This document shows positions 1 through 8,651 of a stretch of DNA of 20,882 nt, piece after piece. The position numbers and the translations under genes are program-made. Numbering within the stretch: the first letter of the stretch is position 1; each line of letters begins with the position of its first letter. The stretch is from NCBI GenBank assembly GCA_039794845.1, contig JAUQVK010000108.1:1-20882 (forward strand), in the 5' to 3' direction. Under the pieces are notes generated by a model that did not search any database, was not told where the DNA came from, and saw only the letters and a list, made by a program, of their open reading frames with translations. The DNA is from Thermostichus sp. DRC_bins_24. Lineage in GTDB: Bacteria > Cyanobacteriota > Cyanobacteriia > Thermostichales > Thermostichaceae.

Positions 1-1
1 C

Positions 2-112
2 AAGAACATTCTCTTGAACGAGGGGATTCGGGCTTGGATGGCGCCTCAAGACCAGCCCCATGAGCGGTTTGTCTTCCCCGAAGAGGTGCTCCCCCGCGGC
101 AATGCCCTCTAA
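2..112 (+). CDS. psbD: Photosystem II D2 protein, 3' end (partial, begins before the window)
   Basis: Frame 2 translates to [36 protein letters not shown], the conserved D2 C-terminus. TAA at 110-112. Not in the supplied ORF track. Confidence 0.97.
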   Translation, partial: KNILLNEGIRAWMAPQDQPHERFVFPEEVLPRGNAL

Positions 113-132
113 ACGAGCGTTGGCGCTTGTTT
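111..132 (+). other. Stem-loop immediately after the psbD stop
   Basis: AAACGAGCG (111-119), loop TTGG, CGCTTGTTT (124-132): a 9-bp stem with one G-U pair. Confidence 0.6.
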
Positions 133-177
133 GAAACGCTTGGGTTTTTCTGGATCCCTTGCATTAGTGTTGAAGAT

Positions 178-215
178 CGAGCGCTTGCTCGTTGGCTCCA
201 ATGGGTGAGCGCTCG
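178..215 (+). other. Long RNA hairpin in the psbD-psbC spacer
   Basis: 178-194 pairs with 199-215 over 17 bp, including four G-U wobbles, with loop GCTC. The wobbles pair only on the + strand. Confidence 0.7.
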
Positions 216-269
216 CCAATAACCAAACCCCTTTGTATTAACTGTTGCAGTTTTGGGAGGCTGGCCTCA

Positions 270-1649
270 GTGACCTCAACGACGTTTAGTTCCTCAGCGA
301 TGCAGGATCGCACCCAGGGTGGATTTGCCTGGTGGGCCGGGAATGCTCGCTTGATCAATCTTTCCGGTCGGCTTTTGGGTGCCCACGTGGCCCATGCTGG
401 CCTGATCGTCTTCTGGGCAGGAGCGATGCTGCTGTTTGAAGTGGCTCACTTCACCCCGGATCGGCCCATGTATGAGCAGGGCTTGATCCTCATGCCCCAT
501 GTGGCAACTCTGGGCTGGGGCGTTGGCCCTGGCGGCGAGATTGTCGATACTTTTCCGTTCTTTGTGGTGGGGGTGCTGCACCTGATCTCCAGCGCGGTGC
601 TGGGGCTGGGGGGCATCTACCACGCGGTGCGTGGCCCGGAAACGCTGGAGCAGTCCTTCCCGTTCTTTGGCTACGACTGGAAAGACAAAAACAAAATGAC
701 CACCATCATCGGCATTCACCTGATCCTGTTGGGTTTGGGTGCATTCCTGTTGGTGGCCAAGGCGGTGTGGTTCGGTGGTGTCTACGACACTTGGGCCCCG
801 GGTGGCGGTGACGTGCGGGTGATCACCAACCCAACCTTGAACCCTGCGGTGATCTTCGGCTACTTGGTCAAGTCTCCCTTCGGTGGGGAAGGCTGGATTG
901 TTAGCGTCGACAACATGGAAGATGTGATCGGCGGCCACATTTACATTGGCATCATCTGCATTGCCGGGGGGATTTGGCATATCCTGACCAAGCCCTTCGG
1001 CTGGGCTCGCCGTGCCTTCATCTGGTCTGGGGAAGCCTATCTTTCCTACAGCTTGGCGGCGGTTTCCTTGATGAGCTTTATCGCTACCTGCTTCATCTGG
1101 TTCAACAACACCGTTTACCCAAGTGAGTTCTACGGCCCCACGGGCCCAGAAGCCTCTCAGGCCCAAGCCCTCACCTTTGTGGTGCGTGACCAGCGCTTGG
1201 GAGCCAACATCAGCCAAGCTCAGGGCCCGACCGGTCTGGGTAAGTACCTGATGCGCTCCCCCACCGGCGAGATCATCTTTGGCGGTGAAACCATGCGCTT
1301 CTGGGATGTGCGTGCTCCCTGGAAGGAGCCCTTGCTTGGCCCCAATGGCCTTGACCTGGACAAGCTCAAGAATGATATTCAGCCCTGGCAAGCTCGCCGT
1401 GCGGTGGAATATATGACCCATGCCCCCCTGGGATCCCTGAACTCGGTGGGCGGTGTGGCGACGGAAATCAACACCGTCAACTTCACCAGTCCGCGGACTT
1501 GGTTGGCAGCTCACAACTTCATTCTCGGCTTCTTGTTCTTCGTCGGCCACCTCTGGCATGCAGGCCGTGCTCGGGCAGCGGCAGCCGGCTTTGAGAAGGG
1601 CTTGAGCCGCGAAAACGAGCCCGTTTACAAGATGAAGCCTCTGCGCTAA
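270..1649 (+). CDS. psbC: Photosystem II CP43 core antenna protein
   Basis: Contains [22 protein letters not shown], the full lumenal E loop with GGETMRFWD, and [19 protein letters not shown]. Start placed at the in-frame GTG 270, preceded by GGAGG (256-260), rather than the ORF-track start at 192. Confidence 0.97.
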   Translation: MTSTTFSSSAMQDRTQGGFAWWAGNARLINLSGRLLGAHVAHAGLIVFWAGAMLLFEVAHFTPDRPMYEQGLILMPHVATLGWGVGPGGEIVDTFPFFVVGVLHLISSAVLGLGGIYHAVRGPETLEQSFPFFGYDWKDKNKMTTIIGIHLILLGLGAFLLVAKAVWFGGVYDTWAPGGGDVRVITNPTLNPAVIFGYLVKSPFGGEGWIVSVDNMEDVIGGHIYIGIICIAGGIWHILTKPFGWARRAFIWSGEAYLSYSLAAVSLMSFIATCFIWFNNTVYPSEFYGPTGPEASQAQALTFVVRDQRLGANISQAQGPTGLGKYLMRSPTGEIIFGGETMRFWDVRAPWKEPLLGPNGLDLDKLKNDIQPWQARRAVEYMTHAPLGSLNSVGGVATEINTVNFTSPRTWLAAHNFILGFLFFVGHLWHAGRARAAAAGFEKGLSRENEPVYKMKPLR

Positions 1650-1676
1650 CTCGACCGTTTCAATTCTGTTTACCCT

Positions 1677-1698
1677 GGCCCCTGTGGGGGCCTTTTTT
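1677..1698 (+). terminator. Rho-independent terminator of psbDC
   Basis: GGCCCC-TGTG-GGGGCC followed by TTTTTT, 27 nt after the psbC stop. Confidence 0.85.
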
Positions 1699-1792
1699 AG
1701 TGGCAGATAGATTGAGGGATCCCCCCTCAAGGGATAGGGCACAGGAAGAGGGTGCGATAGACTGAGGAGCACCCAATGGCCTGCTGACAACC

Positions 1793-2848
1793 ATGCACAA
1801 GATCCCGGTCACTGTGATCACCGGATTTTTGGGATCCGGCAAAACCACCCTGATCCGCCACCTGTTGCTCAACAATCGGGGCCGGCGCATTGCTGTACTG
1901 GTGAACGAATTTGGGGAAATGGGCATCGACGGGGAGCTGCTGCGGGATTGCCAGATCTGCGAAGCGGAAGGGGCACAGGGCGCTCAGAACTCAGCCGCCC
2001 CCATTTTGGAACTGGCCAATGGCTGCCTCTGCTGCACGGTGCAGGAGGAGTTTTTGCCCACCATGGAAGCACTACTGCAACGACGGGCGGAGCTCGACTG
2101 TATTGTCATCGAAACCTCCGGCTTGGCGCTGCCCAAACCCCTGGTGCAAGCCTTTCGCTGGCCAACCCTTCGCACCGGGGCAACCGTGGATGGGGTGATC
2201 ACCGTCGTGGATTGTCAGGCCCTGGCTCGCGGAGACTATGTGGGCGATCTGGCGGCTTTGGAGGCACAACGGCAGGCGGATGCCAGTCTAGACCATGAAA
2301 CGCCCATCGAGGAGCTGTTTGAGGATCAACTCAGTTGTGCTGACCTGGTGCTCTTAACCAAGGTGGATCAGGTCAGTCCCGCCGAACGGGCCCAAGTGGA
2401 AAAGTGGCTGCGCCAGGAATTGCCTGCAGGAGTCCAGGTCATCCCCTGCCAACAGGGCCAGATTGCCGCCGAGGTGCTGCTGGGCCTGCAGGTGGGGGTG
2501 GAAGACCAACTGGATCAGCGCCCCAGCCATCACGACCATGAAGAAGATCATGAGCACGAAGCCTTTGATTCCATCCACCTCAGCTTGCGGCAAGAATATG
2601 AGCCGGGATCCCTGGTGGCCCAACTGCGGCAACTGGCGGAACAGGAATGTTTGTACCGAGTGAAGGGGTTCGTTGCGGTTCCCCACAAGCCGATGCGCTT
2701 GGTACTACAAGGGGTGGGATCCCGTTTTGAAACCTACTACGACCGCCCCTGGCGACCGGAAGAACCCCGTCAGACTCGTCTGGTGTTTATTGGGCAACAG
2801 CTCAGCCGCGAGCGCATTGAAGCCCAACTGCAGTGTTTGCCGGTCTAA
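1793..2848 (+). CDS. cobW: Cobalamin biosynthesis protein CobW (COG0523 G3E GTPase metallochaperone)
   Basis: Walker A GFLGSGKTT, VNEFG, metal motif GCLCC, IETSGLALPKPL, His-rich linker HHDHEEDHEHE, and C-terminal YRVKG...LVFIG. Confidence 0.88.
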   Translation: MHKIPVTVITGFLGSGKTTLIRHLLLNNRGRRIAVLVNEFGEMGIDGELLRDCQICEAEGAQGAQNSAAPILELANGCLCCTVQEEFLPTMEALLQRRAELDCIVIETSGLALPKPLVQAFRWPTLRTGATVDGVITVVDCQALARGDYVGDLAALEAQRQADASLDHETPIEELFEDQLSCADLVLLTKVDQVSPAERAQVEKWLRQELPAGVQVIPCQQGQIAAEVLLGLQVGVEDQLDQRPSHHDHEEDHEHEAFDSIHLSLRQEYEPGSLVAQLRQLAEQECLYRVKGFVAVPHKPMRLVLQGVGSRFETYYDRPWRPEEPRQTRLVFIGQQLSRERIEAQLQCLPV

Positions 2849-2883
2849 CAGAGGGATCCCTCCCAAGAGATCAATCTCAACCC

Positions 2884-3840
2884 TCACAAGTAGGCATCCA
2901 ACAACGATGCCACCGTTGGGAACTGCGAAACCATCCCCAAACTTTCCGGGGAGAGAGCCGGGTAGACAAAATGCCGATGGCGAAGGCAGTACTCATCCCA
3001 TTCGGAAAGCTGCACCCGAAACAAAAAGGCCAGCGAGCGAAACAGGCCAACCGGTAGCGGCACCCGAAAATAGATCGGTTTTTTGTAGTAAGCACACACC
3101 TGCTCCACACACTGATTCAGGGATAACGGGGGATTGCCCAGAACCCAATCGCCACCCCCCGGCGGATGCGCCACCCAATGGGCCACCATCTGGGCAATAT
3201 CGGCAGCATGAATAAAGTGGAAACTGGCATCGATGCGCAAAAAGCGGATCAGATCTAACCAACGAAACACATCCTTAAGCCCGCCGGTAATGTGGGAGTA
3301 AGGATGATGGGGGCTGCCGCCAAACAACAGCGTCGGATAGAGAGTCAGCAGGCGATCCGGCCAAAAGCAGCTTTCTTGCCGCCGCATCAGCATGTCGTAT
3401 TTGCTGCGGATGTAATCGGTGCCCGCCCGTCCTGCCACGGCCAACGGTTCGAGAGCATGGTTCAGGAGGCTGGCGGTGGAAAAGTAAATCACCTGTTGGC
3501 AACGCTCCGGATCCAGCAAACTCAGGAGCTCTAGGGTATGGGTGACATTCACCCCCCAGGCGGCTGTTGGATCCCCCCAGGCGGCTGCCATGTGAATCAA
3601 CCCATCCATTTGCCGGAGCAAGGCGGCCTGTTCGCGGATGCGCATTAAATCTCCGAGCACCAAGGTAATCGGGGCAGGGAAAGCCTCTAGGGGCAGGCGC
3701 AGGCGATTTCGCTCGCGGATCAACACATACAAATGGTAGGCCGGCTGCTCGGGATAGTCGGGATCCGGCTGTTGGGCCAAGCGTTCCAACACGTAGTGCC
3801 CCAGACAACCGCTAGCGCCAGTGAGAAACAGATTCCGCAA
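2884..3840 (-). CDS. NAD(P)-dependent epimerase/dehydratase (extended SDR family)
   Basis: N-terminal TGASGCLG Rossmann motif, IHMAA, YFSTAS, catalytic YxxxK (YIRSK), FIHAADIA. TTG start. Confidence 0.85.
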   Translation of the reverse strand: MRNLFLTGASGCLGHYVLERLAQQPDPDYPEQPAYHLYVLIRERNRLRLPLEAFPAPITLVLGDLMRIREQAALLRQMDGLIHMAAAWGDPTAAWGVNVTHTLELLSLLDPERCQQVIYFSTASLLNHALEPLAVAGRAGTDYIRSKYDMLMRRQESCFWPDRLLTLYPTLLFGGSPHHPYSHITGGLKDVFRWLDLIRFLRIDASFHFIHAADIAQMVAHWVAHPPGGGDWVLGNPPLSLNQCVEQVCAYYKKPIYFRVPLPVGLFRSLAFLFRVQLSEWDEYCLRHRHFVYPALSPESLGMVSQFPTVASLLDAYL

Positions 3841-3940
3841 GAGGTCTCCGGCCCGCCATCACCAGCGGGAACTTGATCGAAAAAAGCTTCTGACTAGTGT
3901 ATCGTCGTTCCCATACCGATTCGACTGGGCAACCGTCCCC

Positions 3941-4960
3941 ATGACTGTTACTTCTCCTCGTCCGCGCTCGATTCTGCTGTGGCCGCCGCTGGCGTTGATC
4001 TTGGAGCGCCTTACCCAAGCCCTGCCGGTGCTGCTGTTGATTACAGTGCTCAGCTTTCTACTCTTGCAGTTGGCTCCGGGGGATTTCCTCGATCCGTTGC
4101 GGGCGGATCCCAGTGTTAGTCAGGAGTTTATTGCCCAAGAGGAGGCGCGACTGGGGTTGGATCAACCTTTGGTTTGGCAATACCTGATTTGGTTGGGAAA
4201 CCTGCTGCGGGGAGATTTTGGCCTAAGCTACACCTATCGCATTCCGGTGTTGGGGTTGATCGCCTCCCGCGCCGGGGCCACGTTGCTGTTGGCGGTAGCT
4301 TCGATTTTGCTCACCTGGATGATCGCCATTCCCCTTGGGATCCTGGGAGCCCTGCGACAAAACACCCCTCTGGATCGGGCCTTGCAGTTGCTCAGCTACT
4401 TGGGACAGGCCATGCCCAGCTTTGTGCTGGCGATTTTGCTGCTGATTGTGGCCCAGAATGTCGGCTGGCTGCCGGTGGGGGGGATGACCAGTGTCTATTT
4501 CGCCGAGCTAAGCCCTGGGGAGCAACTGCTGGATTTGGGGCGCCACTTGCTTTTACCCACTTTGGTGCTGAGCATCACCAGCTTTGCCGGACTCCAGCGG
4601 ATCACGCGGGGCAACTTTTTGGATGTGTTGCGGCAGGAGTATATTCAGGCGGCACGGGCGCGGGGCATTCCCGAATGGCGGGTGATTGGCCTCCATGCTT
4701 TGCGCAATGCCGTGAATCCTCTGGTAACCATTCTGGGCTTTGAGTTTGCCAATTTGCTCAGTGGCTCGTTTATCGCCGAATTTTTCTTTAATTGGCCGGG
4801 GCTGGGCAAGCTACTGCTGGAGGCGGTGCAGAGCTTTGACATCAATGTGGTGATGGCGGGGCTATTGCTGGGGGCGGTGATGCTGATTTTGGGCAACTTG
4901 TTGGCGGATTTGCTGTTGCAATGGGTGGATCCGCGAATTCGGCGGGATTCTCTGCTGTAA
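3941..4960 (+). CDS. Peptide/nickel ABC transporter permease (DppB/OppB family)
   Basis: LAPGD..LGLDQPL..QYLIWL..GDFGLSY, EAA loop YIQAARARG, HALRNA, FNWPGLG, DPRIR end. Start placed at ATG 3941 so that it does not overlap the divergent epimerase. Confidence 0.92.
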   Translation: MTVTSPRPRSILLWPPLALILERLTQALPVLLLITVLSFLLLQLAPGDFLDPLRADPSVSQEFIAQEEARLGLDQPLVWQYLIWLGNLLRGDFGLSYTYRIPVLGLIASRAGATLLLAVASILLTWMIAIPLGILGALRQNTPLDRALQLLSYLGQAMPSFVLAILLLIVAQNVGWLPVGGMTSVYFAELSPGEQLLDLGRHLLLPTLVLSITSFAGLQRITRGNFLDVLRQEYIQAARARGIPEWRVIGLHALRNAVNPLVTILGFEFANLLSGSFIAEFFFNWPGLGKLLLEAVQSFDINVVMAGLLLGAVMLILGNLLADLLLQWVDPRIRRDSLL

Positions 4961-5011
4961 CGGCGGTGGGGGGATTCAGGGAGGTCGATTAACCCATAAC
5001 TCCATACAAAG

Positions 5012-5794
5012 CTATCCATTGGATGCCAAATCGGCAATTGCTTCTGCTCTATCTTCTAGGTAATCGATCTGGTCTTCGATGGCTGACAAAACAGAATCAT
5101 ATTTGCTGCCAGATTTAACAGTGTTATGGATTCTCGTCGGTTGTGCAGATTCAAAGGTTATGCCCAGGGATCCCTTTGCAACCTGAGTAGCAACTGGACT
5201 TTTGGCTCGGGCTGTTAACGGTCTAGACGCACTTAAGCGAGCGATATCTTGTTTCAGGAGATCCCGTTTTGACTGAAGCTGATCTATTTTGGCCATGCCA
5301 TCTTTGAGATATTCGATTAACTTTTGCTTTTTGGTTTGCAGATCTTGAATCGAGTCTTGTAACGTTTGCTCTTCTAGTTGTAGCTCGGTAAGAAACTGTC
5401 TTTGGGAGTTTATCTCAAACTCTATCTGAGAGGTTTGAGGTTCTGCCTGAGTTTGCGAATGAATTGAGCTGGGATCCGTCTGTTCGGTTTGTAAGTCTTG
5501 TTGCAAATTTTGGAGAATATCCTGTAGGGTGACAAACTCTTTTTGCAACTGTTGCAGGTTCAGGGTGTTGAGTTCAATCTGTTTTTGATGTTGTATGGAC
5601 TGCTCCAGAAGCTTGATTTGGGCTTTGGCCTCCCCCACAGAAAGGGCAGAAGCCACATAGCCCGTCAGTCCCGTTGCCAAACCTGCCACTCCCGCCTGCA
5701 ACAGGGATCCGCCGGCTCCAAGGCCGCCCATAGCCACTGTCACTCCGGCCAACGCCGGAAAAGCAGGGATCCAAAGCTGGCGCAGGGGTAACAT
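5012..5794 (-). CDS. Hypothetical membrane-anchored coiled-coil protein
   Basis: ATG 5794 (MLPLRQLW), a Gly/Ala-rich hydrophobic N-terminus, then a long Q/E/L/K heptad region. The ORF-track extension to 5974 would overlap the nagZ start. Confidence 0.7.
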   Translation of the reverse strand: MLPLRQLWIPAFPALAGVTVAMGGLGAGGSLLQAGVAGLATGLTGYVASALSVGEAKAQIKLLEQSIQHQKQIELNTLNLQQLQKEFVTLQDILQNLQQDLQTEQTDPSSIHSQTQAEPQTSQIEFEINSQRQFLTELQLEEQTLQDSIQDLQTKKQKLIEYLKDGMAKIDQLQSKRDLLKQDIARLSASRPLTARAKSPVATQVAKGSLGITFESAQPTRIHNTVKSGSKYDSVLSAIEDQIDYLEDRAEAIADLASNG

Positions 5795-5961
5795 TGTCGG
5801 CCCGAGAGAGGAAAAGATCTGCTGTGATTTTATCAGCTGTCTTTGGTCGGGTTTTGGAGTGCCCTTGCAGGGGATAGAACAGCTTCTCCACAGTTCTGTT
5901 GCAGCTCCCCATCCGCAACTTAGGCTACCCTGAGCATCGAAGAAAAAAAGGGATCCTGACT

Positions 5962-7500
5962 TTGACGATCTCAACCGATTCCCCCTTTGCCGAAGTTGAC
6001 CTCAGCACTTGGAGCCTTGAGGAAAAAGTTGGGCAACTGTTTTTGGTTTACTTTGAAGGGCCAGAACTCTCTCCTGCCCTGGCGGAGATGATCCAGGACT
6101 ATCACGTGGGCGGGTTGATCTTCTACTCGATTGCCGGAAATATCCGCACGTTGCCCCAAGTGGCCCAGCTCATTGCTGCGGCTCAGGTCCAAAGCCGCAT
6201 TCCCCTCTGGATGAGCATCGACCAAGAAGGTGGCCCGGTTGTCCGTATTACCGAAGGGGTGACGGTGTTTCCCAGTGCCATGGCGGTGGCGGCGGCGGGA
6301 TCCCCAACAGATGCCGAAACCATGGCCCACAGCCTGGGGATAGAGCTGAAAAGTTTGGGGTTTAATCTGAACTTCGCGCCCGTTGTGGATGTGAACAGCA
6401 ACCCCCACAACCCGATCATCGGCATACGAGCCTTTGGATCGGATCCGGAGGTAGTGGCAACCTACGGAAAGGCCATGTGGCAGGGCTATCGCCGCGCCGG
6501 GATCCTCTGTACTCCGAAACATTTTCCTGGTCACGGGGATACCAGCCTGGATTCTCATCTGGGGTTGCCGCGGGTGGATCGGCCCTTGCCGGAGTTGCAA
6601 GCCACGGAGCTCTACCCCTTTCAAGCCCTGATCAAGGCCGGGGCAGAAGCGATCATGACGGCCCATGTGGTCATGCCTGCGTTGGGATCCCATCAGCCCG
6701 CCACCCTTGCCCCGGAGATTTTGTTGGGGTGGCTGCGAAACAAGTTGGGGTTTCAGGGGCTGATCTGCACCGATTCCCTGACGATGGGGGCGATTGCCCA
6801 AAGCTACGGGATCCCAGAAGCAGCAGAGCTGGCCTTCAAAGCGGGGGCCGATGTACTCCTGTTTGGTGCAGATCGCGGGTTTACGCCGGCGGTGCAAAAG
6901 GAAGCCTATGCCCATCTGGTACAGGGGTTTCGCAGCGGGCGCTTGTCGATGGAGCAACTGGATCGCACCGTGCGGAAGATCCTTGCCCTGAAACAGCGCT
7001 ACCGATTGGGCTCTCCAGCCCCTTCGGCCACTTCAGATCTGCTGGCCTGCCCTGAGCACCAAGCGGTGGCCCAACGCATCGCCCGGGCCAGTATCACCCT
7101 CCTGAAGGGATCCCTGCCCCCTTTAGCCCCCGACCTGTTGTTGATTACCCCTGTTCCTCTCCTCGGGGATCTGCTGCAACAAGCTTTGCCCAGCACCCAA
7201 GTCCTCCAGCTCACCCCAGACCCTACCCCTCAGGATTGGCAGGTAACCCTGGAAAAAGCCGCAAGGGCCGAGCAAGTGGTGGTGGGATCCCTGGATCTCT
7301 TTCGTCACCCGGCTCAAAGGGAGCTACTGGTGGAGTTAGTAGAAGCCCTACCTTCGGATAAGGTGATCGGCTTAGCTTTGGGATCCCCACAGGATCCATC
7401 CGCCCTGCCACAGATCCCGGTTTACCTGGCTTGCTACGGCACAACCCCCGTTTCTCTACAGGCTTTGGTCGAGGTTTTGTTGGGTCGGATCCCGTCTTAA
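5962..7500 (+). CDS. nagZ: Beta-N-acetylhexosaminidase (GH3, two-domain NagZ type)
   Basis: LEEKVGQL, IDQEGG, APVVDVN, KHFPGHGDTSLDSH (NagZ signature), IMTAH, and TDSLTM nucleophile. Start uncertain: TTG 5962 was chosen, but the frame is open from 5899. Confidence 0.9.
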   Translation: MTISTDSPFAEVDLSTWSLEEKVGQLFLVYFEGPELSPALAEMIQDYHVGGLIFYSIAGNIRTLPQVAQLIAAAQVQSRIPLWMSIDQEGGPVVRITEGVTVFPSAMAVAAAGSPTDAETMAHSLGIELKSLGFNLNFAPVVDVNSNPHNPIIGIRAFGSDPEVVATYGKAMWQGYRRAGILCTPKHFPGHGDTSLDSHLGLPRVDRPLPELQATELYPFQALIKAGAEAIMTAHVVMPALGSHQPATLAPEILLGWLRNKLGFQGLICTDSLTMGAIAQSYGIPEAAELAFKAGADVLLFGADRGFTPAVQKEAYAHLVQGFRSGRLSMEQLDRTVRKILALKQRYRLGSPAPSATSDLLACPEHQAVAQRIARASITLLKGSLPPLAPDLLLITPVPLLGDLLQQALPSTQVLQLTPDPTPQDWQVTLEKAARAEQVVVGSLDLFRHPAQRELLVELVEALPSDKVIGLALGSPQDPSALPQIPVYLACYGTTPVSLQALVEVLLGRIPS

Positions 7501-7570
7501 AACTATAGTTAGAACGTTTTTTGTAACTCACCACACAAATTTTCTTGCGTCTACCCTAACCAGTAAAGGT

Positions 7571-8614
7571 TCAATTGCTTAAGTAGCTGAAGAGACCTCT
7601 AGTATCACCGGAGAACCCCTGCTCAAGCGCAAGATAATAGTACTTCTCAGCCTCTGCTATGTTTTGAGGAATACCTTCTTCTCCTAGCAGCAGTAAGGTT
7701 GCTAAATAGTAAGAAGCATTACCGTTTCCTTGAGCTGAAGATTGTTTGAGCCAGCTCAAGCCCAGTTCGATATTCTTGCAAACTCCCATGCCTAAAAGAT
7801 AATAATTGGCAACCTCGCACTGGGCAATGGAATCACCCTCTTTAGCCTTTTCTTCCAAAGCTTCTAGCTCCTCTCTTTGCAGCATGTATTTGATGTAGTG
7901 AGCCGATGGTGATTTAGGGTAATATCCTTGCTGCCTCATCCTGCGAAACCATTTTTCTCCCTCAGCCTGATCTAGCCCAACTCCATAGTCACCTGCAAAA
8001 TAGATTTCAGCTAAGCTGTATGAGGCAAGTCCAAACTCTTGCTCTGCAGCCTGCTTCAATAACTCAACGGCTTCCACATCATTTTTCTCAGTTCCTAAAC
8101 CCCAATGCAACATATGAGCTAAAATACACTTCGCACTTGGATCCTTTGCAAGAGCCAGGTATTGCACTTCAGAGAATACTAAATCATAATCTTTGCGGTT
8201 AAATGCTTCTTTAATATGTTTGAAACATGACAAATCCATTTCCTCTTCTATGCCTTCGAATGGAAATAGCTCAAGATAGTCAAAAGGGCTTGGGTATAGC
8301 AGTCTGCCTCCATCGTTTTGGAGCTTAAAATACAGTTCTTCAGCCTCTTGAATGTTTTGCACACCGCAGTCTCCAGAGAGAAGAGTTAATGCAAGACTTA
8401 CCATTGCATTTCTTTCTCCAAGCTCAGCTCCTCGTCTGTAGTAGGATAATGCTTCGGTCTTATCTTGCTCTACTCCGAGCCCCGGGCAATAAGCATTGCC
8501 AACGAGCCAGAAAGCTTCAGAATTCCCCTCCTTAGCTAACGAAAGAAACACCTGAAAAAAAGCAGTGTAATTACTTGTCTTAAGGGATTTTATACCTTGG
8601 CAAAAAGCTTCCAT
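7571..8614 (-). CDS. Sel1-like repeat (SLR) protein
   Basis: About six SLR units such as AQCEVANYYLLGMGVCKNIELGLSWLKQSSAQG. ATG 8614 is preceded by GAGG; GTG 8623 is an alternative start. Markedly AT-rich relative to the flanks. Confidence 0.88.
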   Translation of the reverse strand: MEAFCQGIKSLKTSNYTAFFQVFLSLAKEGNSEAFWLVGNAYCPGLGVEQDKTEALSYYRRGAELGERNAMVSLALTLLSGDCGVQNIQEAEELYFKLQNDGGRLLYPSPFDYLELFPFEGIEEEMDLSCFKHIKEAFNRKDYDLVFSEVQYLALAKDPSAKCILAHMLHWGLGTEKNDVEAVELLKQAAEQEFGLASYSLAEIYFAGDYGVGLDQAEGEKWFRRMRQQGYYPKSPSAHYIKYMLQREELEALEEKAKEGDSIAQCEVANYYLLGMGVCKNIELGLSWLKQSSAQGNGNASYYLATLLLLGEEGIPQNIAEAEKYYYLALEQGFSGDTRGLFSYLSN

Positions 8615-8651
8615 ATCTACCACCTCTACTTAGGCTTTCTATCTGTCAAAA

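Noticed and set aside
192..269. N-terminal extension of CP43 from the ORF-track start
   Set aside because: It runs through the spacer hairpin, and the GGAGG + GTG at 270 gives a normal-length CP43.
270..1649. IsiA/CP43' or far-red-light psbC paralogue
   Set aside because: The full E loop with GGETMRFWD is present, which excludes IsiA. No far-red cluster genes are adjacent in this window.
294..1790. 498-aa minus-strand ORF
   Set aside because: Antisense shadow of psbC caused by codon bias; no motifs.
1699..1792. Cobalamin riboswitch before cobW
   Set aside because: Only about 94 nt are available and no B12-box elements are seen.
5971..6957. 328-aa minus-strand ORF
   Set aside because: Antisense shadow of nagZ.
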